NCBI GenBank assembly: GCA_038496445.1
Contig: JALMLS010000321.1
Location: 124,001 to 188,000 of the forward strand
Source: Trichosphaerium sp. ATCC 40318
Taxonomy: Eukaryota; Protista; Tubulinea
Reading direction: 5' to 3'
DNA: 64,000 nt
In this document: piece after piece, positions 51,101-63,154 of the stretch
Position numbering within the stretch: the stretch's first letter is position 1
Layout: each line of letters opens with the position of its first letter
Notes under the pieces: generated by a model
What the model saw: only the letters and a program-made list of their open reading frames with translations
What the model was told of the DNA's origin: nothing
Databases searched by the model: none
Translations under genes and position numbers: made by a program

Positions 51101-54100
51101 CAGTGGCTTCATCCAATAGGGCACAATGAGATGCAGCTAATCGAATCTGTGAAACTGTCACCTTTGGCGGCAATCCAAGTTTCACAAATGAGTTGCAATC
51201 CTGTTTTGTATACGCAAACGCCCTCCCAACCGAGCCAGTCTTTTTGGATGCTAATTCTGAACCACAAGACAATAAGCAACAGAATGATTTAAATAAACAA
51301 GATCAGTACCTAATGGTAAACTACTACCATTGCTCTCCCATAATCCATGTTTTGTATACACCACGAGCTTACAGAACGAGTCGTGGGCATAACTCTTGTC
51401 AAAATAATTCCAAGCTCTAGTAAATTTAGTGAGCTAGATATTAGTACACTTTGATTTGTGTACGCACACAACATCATCATCGTTAAAGTATGGGTTCACT
51501 CTAGAACTAAACAAAGGAGCTGTGAAGGATCCAACAATGCTTTGGCCAATTAACTTATGGGCTATGATTGTAATCAGGTTTAGAAGTAAAACACCTAGTT
51601 TCCTGACGTACACTTCCTTATAATGTTGATGTACTTTGCAGAATCAATGTCACGGCCTAGTACAACAGAAAACATGTTGCTATCGGCAACAACTTGTACT
51701 GTAGTTTTACCTAAAAGAAGGTGTTTATAACTCGTACGCATATGTAATACAAGACAACATACTTGTACCATGCACTTTAAAAGTGTCAGCTAATACAATC
51801 CTATGTTCGAACTCTACTTCTCCTTCGACTGCAGATTGCTTTGGTGCTGACGCTACCACCTCAATTGGTAACTGTGCAATAAAACTAAATAATTGTAAGC
51901 CATATTAGCAACTATTGTCTTATCTTACTCTTTGGATTGCAAGGATAAAGCAAGATCAAAATAAAGTACACCATCCTTTGACTTGACCTCATTTTCAAGA
52001 ATAAAAGTTGGATGATACACCCTGGAAAATTGCGGTAAACATAGTGTTGGCAAATCCATTAAGGAATGTCTGGGCATTTCAATGATTGGAGATATATCTA
52101 CAAATTGTCATCTTTTTTTCTTCAACTAAAAATAAATTGCTCATTCGTTACCATCAATGTAGTATTCTTGACTATACAGCTCTTTGGAGATGTATGTGTC
52201 CAACAGCTACAGAAATAGAGCATTAGTACACCGTAAAATAGAACCTATGTTTCGACACCTTGGGAGTCATTGTGTGCCCACTAAAGTTCTCTAGAGTCAC
52301 CAAATGTACTAAAACAGCACTTAGAATACTTTATGAAAAAAAGTCACAATGTACACGTGGAATCAAGAAGATCAAACGTCGGTTTCTTTTTGATTGCGGA
52401 GAAATCGTCTTCATTGTTGTACCACTGTACCATTTTAATGCCACTTGTAAGCACATCTTTACCCTTTAGCATGACTTTCCATGATTCTGTGACACTCCCA
52501 AGGGGAATGACACAGCCAAAGTATTCAAGTTGAAACTGTGGGGTTCCAATAGAGGAGATATCAAAATACCTATGTCAACCACTTATGATTTCAATTTACA
52601 AAATCTTAAACGTACTCCCACAGTTTAATAAATTTTGTGGCATACGCCACAGCCTCCAGTAATCTTCCTTGATGGCGCATTGCTCGCGCTAACTTTTCCA
52701 AGACCAATAAAGCAAATGGGGTACTGACTTCTAGAACGTTACTATCGCTAATAGCTCTGGATCTATAAATACAAAAAAAGGTAAGAAACAGTTTTCGAAA
52801 AAAAGAAAGGGAAGGGGTAGTATACAAAATGTTATAAATTCGCACGATGAACGTGAGAGGCGAGCAAGCGCCCAGTAAGATGCACGCAACAACTTTTCCG
52901 CAGCAACAAACTGGTTATTTGATAGGGCTGCACAGCCTTTCATGTAATATATGTTAGCGCTAACTGCTACTGGCACGTGCGTCTGCTTGTCTCCATACAA
53001 CTCTAATACACTATATAGAAATAAGTCACAAGTGAGAATAAGGAACTAAGACTTGATTTACGTTTGCAATGTGTTCAAGGCTTCCGAGAATTTTCCTTTT
53101 TTGAAATGTTTATAAGCCACACTAGTGTAATTGCATGCAACCTGTAATTTGTTAAAATAACAGGTTGTTTCCCTCTAGGTGAGTACCTCTTTGCTCGCTT
53201 TGCCAAAGAACTTAATGAGCAATTTATGACGTGCCTCGTAGTCAACAACGCCTAACAGATATCAAACTGCGAAAAGTGTCACCAAAAACCTTAACGCTTA
53301 CCCTCTGTTTCAGTCTTTAAGTTGATGAGTTCCATTATTTCTGTTGTTATTTCTGGATACAAGAAATTTTTTTGAAGTACACGCAATTCTTGAATATCAT
53401 CCAAGACAAACGGAGAATCTGCTTCAAAAAAGGCATTATCTATAGTCAATCGGTCCTATTATTGTAAACAAGAGAAAGCATGGCATGATACAACTTACCA
53501 ATACAGACGCTTTAAATGTGATTCCAAGCTTGTCTTGAGTTATCCTGAACAAACTAGGCAAATTCACTTTGTCTCTAAGGCTAAACCCAGTGTCCAATTC
53601 GTCTTTTGTAAGTGGCTGTCCACCATACAAACCAAATTTTACAACTACAAGTAATAACCGAATCAATGCGACCAAAGAAACATACCAATCTGTATTTTAA
53701 TAAAACAACGCCAAAAAATCTGGACGCAGTTGAATTGCCGAAAATGAGATTAAAGTGATCAACAATAAGAACACCAGCTTCTGAAGTTTGAACAGCTTGC
53801 AAACGTTTTCTAGACAAAGTGTAAATACATGGAAACATAAGATAAAATATCATGCCTCAAATACGCTTTAGTGACACGTGCAATCATCTCTAGTAGTATC
53901 ATTGATTGCAGCGCTTTCCCACTTGGAAACGTCAACTGAGGTCTGATGAACCCTAGACACCATCAGTTAGGACAAAACACGAAACAGCGCCATGCCTATG
54001 TGACGAATGTTGAATCCTTTTGCTTGCAAGTATTGTATGAATCCTCTTTGTGTAGGAAATATTGTTTTCTAACACCTGATTAATATTCCTGTATCATGAG

Positions 54101-57100
54101 TTGATCACTTACAGAAATCTCTTCCTTGGTCTCAAGCCAATGTTCTCCAAGAAGGTAGTAGAAAGCGTCTTATAGAAGTTATAATTAAAGTTCTAACACA
54201 ATGAGGTGCGCACCTGTGACCTCCTGGTTGTGTACTTCTTTCCCATGAACACCAAATCGAGTGAACGCATCAGATGACAGTGGTTTGGAGGGGAACTTTT
54301 GACGATATATATCCAGGTACGAGTGACGTAACAATCGGTATAAATGACAAGATTTCCTTCCTACAAATAATACTACAGCTTTAAGGGTCTTAGTTCTTAC
54401 CATTCAATACAATGATACAATCACCTATTACCAATTTGTTCACTAATGAAGAAGCTCTAGAGTTTACAAGATTCCTAGCTGCTGAAACTTTTTTTAACTG
54501 CAGGTTAGGTTTCAGATAGAACATTGTTCCTTTTGGTTTAAACCAATTAATACAAAACTAGTAGGTGAAATAAAGTATTGAAATACCTTCAGGGAATGCT
54601 TCTTCTTGTATATCAACACCAAGCTGCCCAACATGCTTTCTTCCATAATCATGTAGGATCTTAGTCACGTGCGGTTTGAACGCTTTTGTAGTTTGTATGG
54701 TATCGATAGCTATTCAAATCTTTCAGTAAACTGATTTCTGTACGTACAAAGGCTTACGTGCTAAGTTTTTCAATTGGAAGAATTCTTTGAGAAAAGCCTC
54801 TTGGTTTTCTTCAGGTAGGTGCGCAGCAGCGCCGAAATCATAGGAATACCTTGATTTTCCACTTGAAATCGCATTGCCACGAGAGTGATCAGCAGGTACA
54901 CGTACAGCAATCAAGGTAACTCGAACAGGTTCCTTGAAGTAAGAATTAAATTTTGAGGTTCTAAACACAACCTTACTGGTGGACAAATTCGTGCAGTGTC
55001 GAGTACATAGAACCTAAATGACATTACCAATTGAGTCATTCCCAAAAAGAATTCACCTTCATCTGTTCCTTTATGACCCTCAATGTCTACAGGTCCATGT
55101 AATAACTGATTTTGTGTCCCTACCTACACCAGTTGTTACGAAAATAGTATTTGGTATTCAGCATACCACGTGACCTTTAACATGTAGTTTTTGTGAAGCA
55201 GCATGCATCAGACCATTCAACTCTTGACTATCTTTGTGCACAGTTTTACCACCATTTGCACTACCATAAATGAGTGTTCTCGCATTTATTGGCAAGCAAG
55301 TTGTTGCTAAAAAAATAAGTTGAGTACTCTTAGCAAATTAGCATTACCTATTAAACGAAATCCTTTGTAATCCATTACAACCATGAATGGAAAGCACAAC
55401 CCAGGAACCTTGTGAAAAAAATTGGCAAATAGAAGAATATAAGCAAACATACCCTTGCACGATAATATGCCTTTAACCCGTTTAATTCATGGCCTAAACT
55501 CTTTATCAAATTTATCAAACACGTGACAACATACCAGCAGCCTTTGCTGCAAACTCATCACCACCGTAAATGCCATAAGAATCAATAGCGAATTTAAAGA
55601 ATATACCATTAGATATGTACTGTATATAATCAACAGATAGGTGCTTGTAATAACACGCACCTTTTCACCACCAGCCACACCGCCCACATTTACAGGAGGA
55701 ATCGATTTTTTGCCAGCAATAACAGCACGTTCGTCAATAATGATCCTATGTTGTTGGTCAACCAGAAGAAATAAGAAGTAAGCTACACTAAGTTACCTGC
55801 CAGCTGCGCTAGCCACATTAATAAACTCGTTTGCTAACATATCCAATTGATACAGGTTTTCAAGGCGTTCATCTACATCTGTTGGAGCTTGGCTGAACAA
55901 TTCTTGAAACTCAGAGTTCCAATCTATAACATAAGTTAATTCAGTACTTTACTTAATACAACGCACCTCTCGTAAGTTTAGGAGTGGGGCTGTTTGTGGA
56001 ATTTTGACGTTCCTAGTATTAATATTAAATCTCAAGGTGGACACTTTCTTAAGTGTACATACAGGTGTGCTTGTGTTACTAGAAAAGTTCGATGCTTTTA
56101 ATAAAGTGAGCGCTCATTTAATTTGAACTAGAAATCGTACAAGGTGTGGTAGCATCAGGGTCATTGATTGTGTAATATTGCTCGGTACCTTCATCACCCC
56201 TTTTTACAGCAACTGGCATGTAACCTTGATAATCTCCTATATCACTTGGTGCTGATCCAGGATTGTTGTCTGAGTAGGCAGTAATTGCAAGAGGTATTTC
56301 GTCCTCTACTAACTGTGAGAGAATTACAATAATGCTACACAAACTATACCTGAATCACTGTTGTCTGAATGAATGGGCCCTGTATAAGACGTTGTACTAA
56401 GATCAAATCCATGCAAAGAACAATAATCTTGTGATTCTGTATCATCAACAACGTTATCAATAAACTAACTTTGTAAAAAGCAGTAAGCAACTTACCTATA
56501 ACATCCAGAATACTAGGCATAGAAAGATTACTCTCTCTACAAACACGGGTACTCTTAGTCAGAAGTAAGTCAGTTAGATTTTGTCCTGCGTGCTTTTATA
56601 TATTGTTAGCTTGGCAAGCATTTAAAGAAAACAGTAATCACCTCCAACACACTTGTTTCGTTTAGTGGTCGCTCTAGCTTGAATAGCGAAGGTTCCTATA
56701 CTATGATTAGAGTGGCTACTCCAAGAAAATTAGGAAAACCTGCGTACAACCAACCAACAGATATGTGCCGGTTTCTCTTGTAATATCTTATCAAAGTTTA
56801 TTTCGTGTCTCCTTTCCCACGCCGGTTGGCACAAGCTAATATCAAGCTTCGTCAATCGGGCGAAGTGATTATACCTTCCTACGTCTGTCCGTGACCGTTC
56901 AGGCAAGGAGTATGCTTAATAACACGTCAGAATTCTCAAATGTAACTTATTGTGCACTGTAGTTTACCTTGATAACAAGTCCCTTGTATTGGTTGCTAAC
57001 AAAGAAAGAATAAACCAACATTAAAAAAAAAGCATTTCAAAAGGAACACTTTCTTAATTCTTTCTTATCTCGTACCTTTGTAAGGGAGCACTGTTTCCTT

Positions 57101-57510
57101 GTAGAACGTGTAACACCTTTATAGTCGATCAAAGCTAGATTCTTAGATATTAGTAAGACTCTACTACAATAAGGCACGTGCAATGACATCTAGAGTTAGG
57201 CGGAAACAGCTGCTGGAAATTTGGGTCTTTGCAGTAGTTACTACCAATGGGTAGCACGCCTGTAAATTGCAGACCAACCATCACGTGGTCTTGTCTATGA
57301 AATCGTTGGCGCCATAATTGGTTCTCGTGGTTCACACGTGCCTTACTAGAGGTGTATCTTCAATAAAAAGAAGTGGCTGATCCCACGGTATGTAGTGACG
57401 TAAATCACCGCCACAAGCCGTGCAAGCCTTTTTAAAAATTAAAACAACGTCGCTACGGCAATACCCGGTACCACAATATCTCCTCCAGGCATATAATAGT
57501 GCGGTGCACC
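48125..57510 (-). CDS. Large Clu-domain protein with TPR-like region, RCC1 repeats and C-terminal SAM domain (5' end uncertain)
   Basis: Clu: DWNSEFQ, GGVAGGEK, HELNGLKAY, DYKGFRL, DIEGHKG, FYVLDTAR, PLSSDAF. RCC1: YTWGTNEYGQLGHG, ASGLNTYGQLG. SAM: WKHFFASCG...FGVTTLDHRLIIL. Confidence 0.75.
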
Positions 57511-57817
57511 TAAGAACACAGCTTTAGGATACATAATAGGTAAATAACAGTAATACAAGGTTCAAACGACTCTACACACTCTCTATGAGTGCGTGCGGTG
57601 CAATTAATCTTCGTTAGAAAAAACGGGTTATAAAACTGCAATTGCAGCATAAGCAACTAACTCTAGCTGTTTCCAGCCTAACCACGTCTCTGAAAATGCG
57701 CGCGGCAACCAATTATTTAAACTGTTTGAACAAATTTCAGCAAAATGTGACAGAACGCGACTTTTTTGAAAATCTTCTTTACGAGTACACGTAAATACAA
57801 ACAGCATCGAAACCTGA

Positions 57818-58568
57818 TCATTTCAGCCACTCTGGCTTTTCTACTACCAACCATCCTCTGGATTCACCTTTCCCAGTCACAGTATTGACACAAGCCCAAA
57901 TGTGTTCAAGTTCATGCCATGAAACCCCGTTACCAGGCCATACGTCCATAACACAAACACACTCGTCTTCGCTGTGAAACGCCTGTACAGGTGAAAAATG
58001 ACCTATATCTCCTAGCTTGTAGTTCAGTACAACAACATGTCCTGCTCGGATGGCATCTATAATTGATTTCGCAAACGCTTGTACGGACTCTTCCGTTGAG
58101 TAATAAATCTCACAGTTGTACTTGAACCGTTTAAAAACAGAATGCAGCTCGGTTAGGCTCATGCCTTGCCTGTCAACCTTTGCCTACACAGCGAGTTTGA
58201 GAACGATCTTGTATTGCCAAATCATACCTTACGCAAGCAGGCAAGCACTGGCCGTTGCTTAAACATAGTGCTCTCTACGTATCTAGATTCCTTACAGAGT
58301 CAGTTCGTATTTTGTTGTCACGTTGTAAGCTTACATCTAGTAATGTATTCATTGCTATGGCGGCGGTAACAATACCGCAGTACGTTGAGTTTTCTTGTGG
58401 TAGCCAGTACTTCTTCATTGTCTCATTACATAAGCCCTCGTGGACAGCCTCTTTATACATTCTAGCCCCGTAGTCACTGTTCAAGCTTATCTCGGGCAAT
58501 TTCAGTTGCGTAGTTTGTCTGTTAACCTGTTTTCTCGCCTGGTTTCTGTTGTTTTTGCGTCTAGACAT
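57818..58568 (-). CDS. Phytochelatin synthase-like protein (catalytic domain only)
   Basis: QENSTYCG (catalytic Cys), GMSLTEL, VLNY...GHFSP (His), VMDVWP (Asp), SRGWLVV; one intron. Confidence 0.85.
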
Positions 58569-58757
58569 TGCTTACGTTGTAGGTGCGCCTGAAAAATAAG
58601 AAAAGTACAAGGATTGTCACAGAACGCACAAACATATTTACACCAACAATGTGACAGGTCCTTGTCGCATTCATTACAAAATGACCGTCAGTGTAGGAGA
58701 ACAAAAATTTGTAAAATAAAACAATTGACCACATTCATTTGTTCTGATTTTACCACT

Positions 58758-59972
58758 ATGAGGGCTCTACGATCTATTCAAGTACAAGCACAAACCCACA
58801 AACGCGTAGCACCAACCCGCAAGGCCGTTGCTCGCTACCATGTATCCGTGCGATCTAACGCAGTTACAGCTACTGTAGACAAGCTTTTTGGTGAGCACAC
58901 AAGCATTGCTTTATAAACTAAAAACCACCAACTCATTATATTTTGCTTATCTCACACTATTAGACACAAGAACCCACTACTTCCGTATCCCATACAACTG
59001 TACCGCTGAATACTGGGATAAAGAAGATATGCGAAAAGGGTAAACACTTCATTGATGCTGTACTCTAATGCTATTACAGATACGAAGTAGTTTTCCAAAA
59101 TCCAAGTGCCGGCGCTTTCGCACTCAGCTACAACCGCGCTGTTCACGACCCTGCGTCCACACTCGTAAAGAGCACAACTGAGCTCCTCAAGGCCGACATC
59201 AATGAGTCAGTTGTACAAACTTTCATGGCAGGCGACTTTAGACTCCTGTGAGTACTATTTCTACGTCTATGCGTTACTGCGCTTTTTTTACAAGTAAACC
59301 TCAACGTACTTACATTTTCAATAGAGACTTCGTCAAAACAGCACGTTCAGCTGATGGTGGATACATCTTTAGAGAGTTCGAGGATAAAATCGCCGCTGTA
59401 CGCCATAAACACAGCTAACACGCTCAATTTCATTATTAACTGTCAATTGCAGATTGATAAAATCGCCAACGAGGCAAAGGACGCTGACAACAAAGAGGTA
59501 AGAAGTTTTTCCACGCGTTTAGCTTTCATGAAAAAAAAATCGACAAACGCCTCCTACGGAATACCAACCCATTTCTGACATCCGGATATTAGCGCATCCA
59601 AGAGCTTGCTTCTGATCCATCGATCCCATCAGAGTTCAGCGCCATCTACTCCCGAAGCTCACCAGCAATTCAAAAATATGAAAATGAGGACGAATTCACT
59701 ACTCCAATTTCCAAGTGCAACAGACCTTACAATGGCAAGTTCAGATTTCCTATGACCTTTGAGGAATATGATCAAGTTCTCCAACGCCAAGCTGCTGCCA
59801 AGTACGCCTTTAATCACATTTCGTCATTGAAAACTGACAAAGAATATTTTTTTGCCTTTTTTTTTCTTTTTCTTTTTTTTTCGTAAAAACAATTTGGCTT
59901 ATTGTTGTTACTAGGCTCGAAGACGCACGTAAAACGCTCTCTGGACTAAAGGCATCATTTACCGAGGATTAA
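58758..59972 (+). CDS. Hypothetical protein with probable mitochondrial presequence
   Basis: MRALRSIQVQAQTHKRVAPTRKAVARYH (Arg-rich, no acidic residues) followed by several GT-AG-linked exons. Confidence 0.55.
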
Positions 59973-60233
59973 GACATATATGTATCCCGTTTCTGGTAAT
60001 AATTGATATTCAAATGCATCTCTCGCTTTCTCCTTGTTTTACAACACACTTGAATAAAATTATCAATTGTGGATCATACAAGGCTTCTTTCTATTGCTGC
60101 TCTCAGGTTTAGTAACTCGCAGGTGCACTTAAGGGCTTATAGTGTCTGAAATAAGCCCCCAAGTATAGTTATGAGACTGACAGGCCAAGCCATTGCAGGT
60201 CGTTACTTAAATTATTTATTTGTACAAAGATGG

Positions 60234-61510
60234 TTATGTTAATTTAGTCAAGTCCAGTTCGATTCCAATTGGACAATGATCGCTGCCAAGCACTCTGTCA
60301 TAAACTGTAGCTGTTTCTAGTGCTGGTACCATATTCTTTGAGAGAAGGCAATAGTCTAGGCGCCAACCCAAGTTGTGCTTTCTGTGTCTATTGCCTTTAC
60401 TATCCCAATATGTAAACCTAAAGCCATCATATTAATATCTAGTTTTTGATAGCCTGTGCATACTTATTCATAACGTCAGGGTATTTGACACGAAACGAAT
60501 CCACAAAACCTTCCTTCAACAGCTCTATAAAAAACTGTCAGAACAAAAGACACAGCACGTTGAGTAAGTCATACTTTGAAAAGCAGTCCTTTCTTCTAGT
60601 GTGACACTAGGTTGATTCTCAAAAGCAAATGATTGAGCCAAGTCAACATCCTTAAAGTAATAAGATGCTATGGATACGCCTAAATTCGTATAATACACGG
60701 ATACTTACAGTATGCGCAACGTTAAAATCACCACAAAGGATGAGGGGTTTATTAGCCAGCCGTTGCTTTTCACTGACAACGTATTCTCTGTACATAAGTC
60801 AATCAAAAGGTATTAAAAAAAGTGCGGACCTGAATGCTTCTTCCCACTGTATTCGGTATTCCATGCGCTGCTTTTTCGCTTGTATAACTGGTGCGTACAC
60901 TGTCACCAATCCAACTGGGCAACATTGAGGCGTGAGAATATATTACAAAGACGTACATTGAGGGTACTCTGCTGTTATAACACGACCCTCTTTGTCCAAC
61001 TCTTCATCACCTTCACGTGCAATTGAGAAAGTGTAAAAAAAAACTGTTACTGTCACTCACCAATGCCAAATTTAACACTGTCAGGCTTTAAACAGTCGTC
61101 CGTCAATAGAAGGACACCAGCGTGACTCTATTATTTTATTAATTAACCAGTGCAACAGGATGTACAGCTTCACCTTTCTCTGCGTGGAATGCACCCAATG
61201 CTTTGAAAATCTATCAAAACTCTCTGGCATCTTCACTCCAGCTTGACACTTCGTCTCTAACAAACACTATTTGCTGAGGTGTCAGAATTGGGGCGAACCT
61301 TGTATGCAGCATATTGATGGCTTGGTGTCAATCACGAACTCTGTATGGCATTATTCACAGTTTAATAAGCAGTTGTACCCTCAAATCCCTTTTTTAAGCA
61401 AGAACGCAATCCTACGCACTATTAACGCTACGAAAACATTGTAATGACTCGTGATTAGGTATTGACACACCATTTACATTCCATGATACCAAACGAAGCT
61501 TGTTAAGCAT
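60234..61510 (-). CDS. Exonuclease III / APE1-family AP endonuclease
   Basis: LVSWNVNG, CIQETK, EGRVITAEY, ILCGDFNVAH, FVDSFR, FTYW, GWRLDY, GSDHCP. Confidence 0.93.
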
Positions 61511-61659
61511 GGTGCTAGCGTGAAATACAATTGTACCCTCGAAATTACTCAATAGACCGAGATCAGCACTGGTTTTGAAAATGAGCGTTTTTAGACAATA
61601 CTTGACTTGCCGTTTGTAGAATTGATCATAGGCAATAAAGTGTACCATACACTATCAAC

Positions 61660-63063
61660 ATGGCTACAGCGTCGTTCGACATGGATCGCCAGCTTAACGA
61701 GCTTAAACTTGCAAGACAAGCCATTATCAAGGAGAATGAGGTATTACAGCATGAAATTAAGGTCTTGAACGAAGAGCAAACTCAATGGAACAGTATTTAC
61801 CAAAAAGCTGTTTCGGGCACCCCTGCATTTGATAAAATATCTGTTGATGACCTAAAATCGAAATGTGGGCAAAATGACCGTTTGCGTGACATTCATTTGG
61901 ACGCTTGTAAACAAATTGAGAAGGAGCTAGATGGCTACAGACTGGAATTGCAAAGCACAATGATGATTATAGCGTACATGATACAAGAGGTAAGTGAAAC
62001 AGCCGTAAACCTTTTAAATTAATGCACGAATAGACGGAGAGCATGGAACACGCGTATAATCGGACAAAAGAAAGCGAAGGAAGTTTATTAATTGCTTTTG
62101 AACTCCTATTCGAACAATTCCTCAAAGACCTTCAAAAGGTACGTATACGCTGTAGTCGCATTATGCATAAGTCTTTAAATTGTTTTGTGCTAAATTGGGG
62201 ATTTATCCCTTGTGGTAGAATGAGGAGATTGACATCAAGAAAGGAGCGCTCAAAATAAAGAGAAAGGACGATAAGACTAAAAAAGAGCGTAAAAAGAAAA
62301 AGAAGGCGAAAGTGGATCTCTTTGAAATATGTAGAAACGACTCCCTAGGAGACGTACGTCAATGCTCTCCCACGTGAAAGTACCATATTCTTACGGTGTG
62401 TATAGGAGTTTGAAGCTTATTGCAAAGACGTTTTGATTGTGGATAACAAGGACTTTAATAAGGTATTAATAAATCCCAGAAAAAAAAAGGATTTCGTTTG
62501 TGTTAAATATTTTTTTTTTGATGTTGTTCTTTTGTAGCGTATATTAGCACTGCGTCGTTTAGATGTATCTGATTTTAATCCTGTGGATCCTTCCAAGGGC
62601 GAGAAGGTCAGGCAGATCACACAAAATATCATATGTCGCATTTTAGCACGATCCAGTAATCATGAACTCGAAATGCCAACAAAGCAAAAAGAATTAGTAG
62701 ACTTTTTTGACATGGTACGCTACACTTGATATTTATTGTATAATTGCGTATATTAACTAACACACGTGCAGCACTTGCGTGTCCAACAAGCAAGGCCTAA
62801 AGCAAATTCAAGAGATTTACAACAAGTGCGTAAATGTTCCATTTTTTCAGGAGTAATTCTACCACGTCTGTATTTACAATATCTTTACTTTTTTGTGTGG
62901 TTTGGTTTTTTTTGTTTTTACAAATTACTTACAATACGAAAAATAGAGCGTTGAGTATGCATTGATGAGCGCATTCTTTGCTTATCGTACGCGCCATGCG
63001 AGTGTGGACGACCCGGAATCGGATGATGATTTAATAGTAATGGACCGCAAGTACACAGTGTGA
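61660..63063 (+). CDS. Hypothetical coiled-coil protein, multi-exon
   Basis: Heptad-rich N-terminus MATASFDMDRQLNELKLARQ, chain of GT-AG exons, basic patch; no family recognised. Confidence 0.55.
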
Positions 63064-63154
63064 ACCAGCCGGTACCAGTAACAAAGAAATACGTCTTCAC
63101 GTCATTCCAAAAAAAAAAAGGAAGTACCGAGTTCGTCGCACGTTTTGTAAATAA

